Shown in pieces: positions 57,528 through 64,000 of a stretch of DNA of 64,000 nt (positions are counted from its first letter, which is position 1; each line of letters starts with the position of its first letter). The position numbers and the translations under genes were made by a program. This DNA is from an uncultured beta proteobacterium (lineage in GTDB: Bacteria > Pseudomonadota > Gammaproteobacteria > Burkholderiales > Casimicrobiaceae): assembly GCA_963776175.1 (NCBI GenBank), contig CAVZLP010000013.1, forward strand, positions 2,479 to 66,478, given 5' to 3'. The notes under the pieces are model-generated. The model did not search any database, was not told where the DNA came from, and saw nothing but the letters and a program-made list of their open reading frames with translations.

Positions 57528-58334
57528 ATGAACGAGCAGAAAAGCGGCTTTATCGGCAAGCGTACGGTCTGGATCGGCGCCGGCATCACCGCCGTAGCCG
57601 TTGTTCTCGTCCTGCAGTATGTGGACTTCCCGCCGTGCGGCAAGGACGTGAGCGGCACGATCGTCCCGGCGCAGCGGTATCGCGCGACCCAAGTCTACCG
57701 ACGGCGTCAAGCTCGGCGATCTGTCGACGTCAGGCAATTCCGCGGCGAATTCAGCGGCTGGTGGTTCGGCTGGCAATTCCGCGGGTAATTCGGCTGGCAG
57801 CTCAGCAGGCAATCCGCTGGCCAATCGGCGGGTCAATCCGCTGGCCAATCGGCGGGTCAATCCGCTGGCCAATCGGCGCGGTCAATCCGCTGGCCAATCG
57901 GCGGGTCAATCCGCTGGCCAATCGGCGGGTCAATCGCGCTGGCCAATCGGCGGGTCAATCCGCTGGCCAATCGGCGGGTCAATCCGCTGGCCAATCGGCG
58001 GGTCAATCCGCTGGCCAATCGGCGGGTCAATCCGCTGGCCAATCGGCGGGTCAATCCGCCGGCCAATCGGCGGGTCAATCCGCTGGCCAATCGGCGGGTC
58101 AATCCGCCGGCCAATCGGCGGGTCAATCCGCTGGCCAATCGGCGGGTCAATCGCGGTCAGCGGTGGCCAATCGGCTGGCCAATCGGCGGGTCAATCGGCG
58201 GCGCCAATCGGCTGGCAATCGCCGGTCAATCGGCAGGGTCAATCGGCCGGTCAACGCCGGCAATGCGGGTCAACGCCGGCAATGCGGGCAACGCCGGACA
58301 AGCAGCAGGACAATCCGCCGGTCAACAGAACTAG
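57528..58334 (+). CDS. single-pass membrane protein with long G-[NQ]-S-A tetrapeptide repeat domain, multiple frameshifts inside the repeat
   Basis: AAGGGG RBS. MNEQKSGFIGKRTVWIGAGITAVAVVLVLQYV (TM) is followed by ...DGVKLGDLSTSGNSAANSAAGGSAGNSAGNSAGSSAGN and long runs of GQSA, ending GNAGQAAGQSAGQQN*. The frame is inferred across indels. Confidence 0.55.
57733..58325 (+). repeat. 12-nt-period tandem repeat array (GGTCAATCCGCT / GGCCAATCGGCG)
   Basis: The near-perfect core is about 57808-58150, with degenerate GGCAATTCCGCG-type units at both flanks. One frame reads at least 17 consecutive GQSA, and the other frames read VNPLANRR / SIRWPIGG. Confidence 0.95.
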
Positions 58335-58358
58335 TCCGACGCAGTCCCAGCAGCACGC

Positions 58359-58392
58359 AACCGCCGGCCTCAGTGCCGGCGGTTTGCTTTTG
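58359..58392 (+). terminator. rho-independent terminator
   Basis: AACCGCCGGC-CTCAGT-GCCGGCGGTT followed by TGCTTTTGG. Confidence 0.7.
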
Positions 58393-58446
58393 GGCACCGA
58401 GTCCGTATGCTTCGGCGATCTTCATGCGGCTCGGGGAGGAGCTTGC

Positions 58447-61398
58447 ATGCGAATGCGCGCGTTTTGTGCCTGTTGTTGACGTTGTTGCCTGCCGCAGCCT
58501 GCGCCGACGAGAGCCCAGTCGGCATGTCGTATGTCGAGACCAAGGATCTCAAGCTCATCTATTTCGATTCTCTTGAGCTATCTCGCGCCGCACGCGGTGC
58601 GAACCTTCACCAACTCGCTCGCGTGGCAACGCCGGATGTTCGGCTGGGCGCCGTCCGAGCCCACGATCGTCCTGCTGAAGGACTTCGCGGACTACGGCAG
58701 CGCGCGGCAGCGTAGCGGCGCCGCACAGCAGGCTCGTCTTCGACATCGCGCCGCTGTCCCACGCGTTCGAGACCTATCCGGCCAGCGAGCGCATGTACTC
58801 GCTGATGAACCACGAAATGGTCCACGTCGTGCAAGGCGACATTGCGTCCGAGGAGGACCGTCGCTGGCGCCGTTTCTTCCTCGGCAAGGTCGCCGCTCAG
58901 CCGCAGAATCCGGAATCGCTTCTCTACAGCTACCTCACCATCCCGCGCTTCACCGCCCCGCGCTGGTACATCGAGGGCAGTGCGGTCTTCATGGAGACCT
59001 GGATGGGCGGCGGGGTGGGCCGCGCGCAGGGCGGCTATGACGAGATGGTGTTCCGGGCGATGGTGCGGGACGACGCCCATTTCTACGATCCCTGGGTCTC
59101 GTCTCGCGCGGCGTCCAGGTCGATTTCCAGTTCGGCGCGAATGCCTACCTGTACGGCACGCGCTTTTTCACGTACCTCGCGTACATCTATTCTCCGGAGA
59201 AAGTCGTCGCCTGGATCCGGCGCGACGAAGGGAGCGAGCGCTACTACGCGCGACCAGTTTCAGCACGTGTTCGGCATTCCACTCGAGCAGGCCTGGCAGG
59301 ACTGGATCGCTTTCGAGCACGAGTTCCAGCGGCGCAATCTGGCCGAAGTGCGCAAGTACCCGATCACGCCGCACCACAAGCTGGCCGCCAGCGCGGTCGG
59401 TTCGATTTCGCGCATGTATTACGACGAGGCGACCGGCATCATCTACGGCGCCTTCCGCTACCCGGGCGTCGTCGAGCACGTCGGCGCGCTGAACACGCGC
59501 GATGGCAGCGTCCGCAGGCTCGCCGACATCAAGCGCGCGATGCTGTATCGAGTCACGTCGTTCGCCTACGACCCGAAGAGCGGAACCGCCTTTTACACCA
59601 ACGACAACCTTGTTTATTCGCGACCTGATGGCGGTGGACGTCAAGACAGGCGAAGAACGAATGCTGCTCGAGAATGCGCGGATCGGCGAGATCGTCTTCA
59701 ACCCGGTCGATCGTTCGCTGATCGGCGTGCGGCACGACGAACGGCCTGGCGACGCTGGTCCGCATTCCGTACCCTTACGCCACGTGGTATCGAAGTGCAC
59801 GACGTTTCCATACGAATTCGTCCCGTCCGATCTCGACATTTCGCCCGACGGACGCCTGCTTTCGGCGTCGATGAGCGAGGTCAACGGCGACCAGTTCCTG
59901 CGCGTCTGGGAGCTCGCAAAGCTCCTCGCCGGAGACACAAAACCGCTGACCGAGTTTCGCTTCGGGCAGTCCGTGCCGGAGAGCTTCGTGTTTTCCAAGG
60001 ACGGCCGCTATCTGTACGGCAGCAGCTATTACACCGGCGTGTCGAACATCTTCCGCTACGAGGTCGCGACCGGCGACGTCGAGGCGGTCTCCAACGCGGA
60101 ATCCGGATTCTTCCGTCCGGTGCCGCTTGCCGATGGGCGTCTGGTCGTACTGACGTACACCGGCGACGGTTTCGTTCCGGCGACCATCGAGCCAAGCCCG
60201 ATCGAGGACGTCAGCGCGATCACGTTCCTCGGCGCCGAGGTCGCCGAGAAATATCCGGTGGTCACGACATGGCAGGTGCCGCCTCCGAGCACGGTCGATG
60301 ACGAGAAGCTGATCACGGCGAAGGGCCCGTAGGATACCGCTTCGCGACATCGAGTCTGGCGAACGCGTATCCGGTGCTGCAGGGCTACAAGAACTTCGCA
60401 GGCATCGGCTATCACTTCAACATCGAAGACCCGCTTCGTTCGCCAAGCTCGGCATCACCGCCGCCTATACGCCGACCGGCAAACTGTCCGGCGACGAGCG
60501 CGGCCACGTGGACATCACGGGCCAGCTACCTGGGCTGGCGAGCCGAGCTGTCGTGGAACCGCTCCGACTTCTACGATCTGTTCGGCCCGACCAAGCGCAG
60601 CCGAAAGGGTTACGCAGCCAAGCTCGGCTACGACTGATCTGCTGATCTAGGACGAGCCACGCCGGCTCGACGCTCAGTTACGATCTCGACTACTACGACA
60701 AGATCGACACGCTGCCGGGCGCCCAGAACGTCGGCACCACGTTCAGCCGTCTCTGCCAGCGCCGAGATCGGGCTCCACTACACCGACGTGCGTCGCTCGC
60801 TCGGCGCCGTCGACGACGAAAAAGGCGTCGCCTGGGCAGTGCGGGGCTAACGGTCAACCGCGCCGGCGGCGAGACCACGCCTCAGATCCACGCGACCTTC
60901 GACTTCGGTTTCGCGCTTCCCGCTCCGAATTCGTCCCTCTGGCTTCGCAGCGCCGCCGGCGCCGCCAATGGCAACCGCGACAACCCCGTCGCGAATTTCT
61001 ATTTCGGCGGTTTCGGCAACAACTATGTCGACAGCGGGCCGGTGAAGCGGTATCGCCAGTACTATGCGCTGCCAGGATTCGGCATCGACGAGATCAGCGG
61101 GCTCAGTTTCGTGCGCGAGATGGTCGAATGGAATCTTCCGCCGATCGTCTTCGAATCGGTCGGCACGCCGGCCTTCTATCTGAACTGGCTGCGCCCAGCG
61201 ACGTTCGTCTCGGCGCTGTGGACCGATCCTGGCAACGCATCGCTGCGCAAGGACTACGCAGAGCCTCGGGGCGCAGGTCGACCTGCGATTCAGCGTGCTG
61301 CACTGGTACGACATGACGCTGTCGGCAGGATACGCGGTCGGCTTCCAGAGTCGCGGCGCGCCGGCGACGAATGGATGATCTCGCTCAAGATCCTGTAG
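58447..61398 (+). pseudogene. large secreted HExxH metallopeptidase-like / beta-propeller / C-terminal beta-barrel-like protein, at least 12 frameshifts
   Basis: Pieces are scattered over all three + frames. They include the signal MRMRAF(L)CLLLTLLPAAACA, MYSLMNHEMVHVVQGD (HExxH), RWYIEGSAVFMETWMGG, propeller-like segments (YDPKSGTAFYTNDN, ISPDGRLLSASMSE, SKDGRYLYGSSYYTGVSNIFRYEV) and the C-terminal NFYFGGFGNNYVD...MISLKIL*. Confidence 0.7.
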
Positions 61399-61416
61399 CC
61401 ACGGCCGATCCACACC

Positions 61417-62429
61417 ATGTCGGCCAAGCTCATCGTTCCAGCGCTGGTGGCCTTGCTGCCGGTGCTGAGCTTCCTCGCAGCGCTGCTGTACCTCGACAGC
61501 TACAAGCTCGTGAAGCTGCACACGGTCGTCGCTGTCGTCGCGTGCGGTGCCGTCGTGGCCGGCGTCGGCTTCTTTCTGAACGCCTGGCTGCTCGGCGTGC
61601 TCGGCATCGAGCTCACCAGCTATATGCGCTATGTCGGCCCGTCATCGAGGAGCTGCTGAAGGGCCTGATCATCGTCGTGTTGATTCGCTTCCACCGCATC
61701 GGATTCCTGGTCGACGCGGCGATTTTCGGCTTCGCCGTCGGCTCAGGCTTTGCGGTCGTCGAGAATCTCTACTACCTGGAGCAGGTGCCGGATGCCGGCA
61801 TGGGCACGTGGATCGTGCGTGGCTTCGGCACCGCGATCATGCATGGGGGCGCCACCGCGATCTTCGCCGTGATGAGTCTTGCGCGTTTGGAGCGGACGCA
61901 ACGCGCGAACCTGTGGTCGTTCCTGCCGGGCTTCGCGCTCGCCGTGGGGCTGCACGGGGCGTACAACCATCTGTTCCTGTCCCCGAAGCTGTCGACGCTC
62001 GCCATGATCGTGGTGATGCCACCGTTGTTCTACTTCGTGTTCGAGCGGAGCGCGAAGGCAGTGGGCAACTGGCTGGGGCGGGGCTTCGACGCCGATACCG
62101 AAATGCTGGAACTGATCAACTCCGGCCGCCTCTCCGATTCGCCGATAGGGGAATACCTGCACACGTTGAAGGACAAGTTCAAAGGCGCGGTGCTCGCCGA
62201 CATCCTGTGCTTTCTGCGCCTTTATACGGAGCTCGCGCTCCGCGCCAAGGGCATCCTGATGATGCGCGAAAACGGGTTCGAGGTCGGCGTCGACGACGAG
62301 ACTCGAGCCAAGTTCGACGAGATGCGATATCTGGAGCGAAGCATCGGCCGCACGGGATTGATCGCCATGCAGCCGGTGCTGCACATGAGCCACAAGGACC
62401 TGTGGCAGCTTTACATGCTCGGAAAGTGA
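61417..62429 (+). CDS. PrsW-family intramembrane metalloprotease, frameshifted as assembled
   Basis: The N-terminal TM region is in ORF 61417..61659. The remainder is in ORF 61371..62429: GPVIEELLKG, FGFAVGSGFAVVENLYY, GTAIMHGGATAIF and GLHGAYNH. The frame change is near 61640. Confidence 0.75.
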
Positions 62430-62474
62430 GACCTTTGGGGCGCCGTCTCGCTTCGCCGGCCGACGCGTTGCGAT

Positions 62475-63026
62475 TTACGCCAGCGGGTGGTTACGAAGGA
62501 CGATGCGCCAGATGCCCGTCGCGATCAGCGAAAATCCGGTCAACAGCCCGATGAACGCAAGCGAACTCTGCGGCCAGCCGATGGCGATCAAGATCGCCAC
62601 GGCGATCGACAGCAGACCGTCGAACAATATCCAGCCCCATCCGGACTGCGGTTTCAGACGGAATGCCAGCATCGTTCGAGTGACGCCGCCCGCAAACAGA
62701 AACGCGCCGACCATCAGCGCCAGCGAAGCTACTCCGGCCAGCGGAACGATCAGGATCGCAATCCCGAGCACCAGCGTCAGAATGCCGGACGCGAGCTTCC
62801 AGCCGAAGCCGTCCCTGCTTCGCGTCTGGACCGCATACACGATTTCGAATGCCCCGCCGAAAACCAGCAGCCACGCGAAGATCAGTGCGGTCGCGAGCGC
62901 CGCGATGCCGGGCATCAATACCGCGAGGACGCCAGCCAGTATCAGCAGAACGCCCCAAACCACCTGCCAGCCGGCACCGGACGTGCCGAGATGCGCGCCG
63001 GGTGCCGCGTCTTTTGCATTTGCCAT
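62475..63026 (-). CDS. hdeD: HdeD-family (DUF308) acid-resistance membrane protein
   Basis: GAGGAG RBS. Has repeated DUF308 helices (WGVLLILAGVLAVLMPG, ASGILTLVLGIAILIVP, WGWILFDGLLSIAVAILI). Confidence 0.8.
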   Translation of the reverse strand: MANAKDAAPGAHLGTSGAGWQVVWGVLLILAGVLAVLMPGIAALATALIFAWLLVFGGAFEIVYAVQTRSRDGFGWKLASGILTLVLGIAILIVPLAGVASLALMVGAFLFAGGVTRTMLAFRLKPQSGWGWILFDGLLSIAVAILIAIGWPQSSLAFIGLLTGFSLIATGIWRIVLRNHPLA

Positions 63027-63250
63027 GATGGCTCCTCGCTCCAGGAAGTCGGCACCCAGCTTCAGCATCGCTGTTGCGCGCGGCTTTCAATCATGCGCCC
63101 GCAAAACCGCGCGCGTCAAAAGGCTGACGACGGATAAGTGCGTGTCCGGACAGGGAATTCGTGCCGACGGCCTCGAGTGCGGTATCTTCTGCTTCCCGGA
63201 TGATCGATCGACTACCGCGGGCTGGCCCTTAGGGCGACCGACAGCGCACC

Positions 63251-63526
63251 ATGGATCTAATCTACGGCTTACCTCTGATTGCAGCGCTTGCGCTGGCGTG
63301 GCTCGCGGCCCGCCATGTCATCAACAAGGCGCGACGGCAGCGCGAGTTGCTGCGCCGGCAAAGACAGCGTTCCCGCAGCAAGTATCACGACACGTCGGAA
63401 ACCGTCAGTTCGCGATCGGACATGCGTTCGACGGACGCCCCGGTAACGATCGTCGAAAAAATCCAAAAGCGTGCCCGTGCTCCGAACGAGGGCAGCGCCG
63501 ACAAGCCGCCGCCACGCCGCGACTAG
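63251..63526 (+). CDS. small hypothetical membrane-anchored basic protein (91 aa)
   Basis: N-terminal TM (LIYGLPLIAALALAWLAA) followed by an Arg/Lys-rich tail. No family recognised. Confidence 0.35.
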   Translation: MDLIYGLPLIAALALAWLAARHVINKARRQRELLRRQRQRSRSKYHDTSETVSSRSDMRSTDAPVTIVEKIQKRARAPNEGSADKPPPRRD

Positions 63527-63850
63527 CGACGCCCGTCGGCCAAGTCTGACCGTGGCCGTCACACCATCGCCGCTACAGGTGCGTCGCCGCGATACCGGGC
63601 CGAGGGTCGCACGTCGGGCAAGGCCAGCGCGGCGGCGTTCGAAAATCCTGTGTGATCGCAGGCAGATGGACGTACAGGCGCCGCGGGGGAGTGCCAGAAC
63701 GGGACGGCGCCGGCGAGGAGAGATAGTCACGGAGAACGCCGCCCCGTCTGGGTGAGGACTATCAAGCAATCGACGTGCCGGCCGGATGCTGCCGTGCGAC
63801 CAGCCTTGGCCTCGGGCTGCGGAGCCGCCAAACGGGGTGCAATGAGCCTG

Positions 63851-63879
63851 TTGACAGGCTACTGCGAAGTAATCATAAT
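63851..63879 (+). promoter_or_regulatory. sigma-70-type promoter (TTGACA-N17-CATAAT)
   Basis: TTGACA at 63851-63856, a 17-nt spacer, and CATAAT at 63874-63879. It lies about 45 nt upstream of the FTR1 start. Confidence 0.55.
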
Positions 63880-63897
63880 GCGAATCATTCGCATTAT
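63875..63897 (+). promoter_or_regulatory. Fur-box-like perfect 23-bp palindrome
   Basis: ATAATGCGAAT-C-ATTCGCATTAT overlaps the -10 element. It resembles the Fur consensus GATAATGATAATCATTATC and sits before an iron permease gene. Confidence 0.6.
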
Positions 63898-63924
63898 TAT
63901 CGGCCCGATCGAAGGGCATCCCAA

Positions 63925-64000
63925 ATGTTCGCCACGGCAGTCATCGTCTTCCGCGAAACGCTCGAAGCCGCGCTCATCGTGTCGATCGTGCTGGCGGCGA
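63925..64000 (+). CDS. FTR1/EfeU-family iron permease, N-terminal 25 codons (continues beyond the window)
   Basis: MFATAVIVFRETLEAALIVSIVLAA matches the characteristic FTR1 N-terminus, including the REGLE-type motif (RETLE). Confidence 0.6.
   Translation, partial: MFATAVIVFRETLEAALIVSIVLAA

Noticed and set aside
57808-58150. Regular short repeats that could be mistaken for a CRISPR array
   Set aside because: The units are contiguous 12-mers with no unique spacers and lie inside a coding frame (GQSA). This is a tandem coding repeat, not CRISPR. No cas genes are present in the window.

Overview
High-GC (about two-thirds G+C by eye) proteobacterial chromosomal segment. The Bug/TctC-type binding protein, IS3/IS407-like transposase, LigD-Ku pair and lig/gal aromatic genes suggest a Betaproteobacteria/Burkholderiales-like host, but this is inference. 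I support about 60 protein genes, one tRNA, one decayed IS and several repeats; I see no rRNA and no CRISPR array.

Layout:
- (1) 1-3.9 kb: ATP-grasp protein, Bug-family binding protein, YVTN beta-propeller and creatininase.
- (2) tRNA-Arg(ACG) at 4011-4088, followed by decayed mobile DNA: a HEPN-like ORF cut by a 5'-truncated IS3 element. Next come a 265-nt tract with only 8 G/C bases and a second copy of the tRNA 3' half.
- A third, diverged copy of the tRNA 3' half lies at 23.37 kb. It closes a roughly 17.6 kb block holding a PAS/HD-GYP protein, a Liv-type ABC transporter and a gallate/protocatechuate meta-cleavage cluster (galA, ligJ, ligK, LigI-like).
- (3) An AraC divergon with a diiron oxygenase, an ArsM-like methyltransferase and a MAPEG protein.
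- (4) cysK, a TcuA-like flavoprotein and GlcG.
- (5) Two tandem Get3/ArsA-like ATPases preceded by two paralogous small proteins of unknown family, next to a short CstA-like permease. This is my best candidate for an undescribed system.
- (6) DUF3300/DUF2950 pair, an ACP-FAAL-acyltransferase fusion, CapA, thiL, DksA/TraR, Usp, SYLF, DUF72, and LigD-Ku with a MerR/TPR gene.
- (7) A partner-switching module (GAF-PP2C-kinase fusion, STAS) with an ECF sigma and anti-sigma factor. It is followed by a membrane protein encoded by a 12-nt tandem repeat (G-Q/N-S-A), a heavily degraded HExxH/propeller/barrel gene and a PrsW-type protease.
- (8) HdeD, and a Fur-box promoter in front of an FTR1 permease.

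About 20 otherwise conserved genes carry single-base frameshifts, at homopolymer runs wherever I could resolve the base. Consensus indel error is therefore a serious alternative to pseudogenisation.
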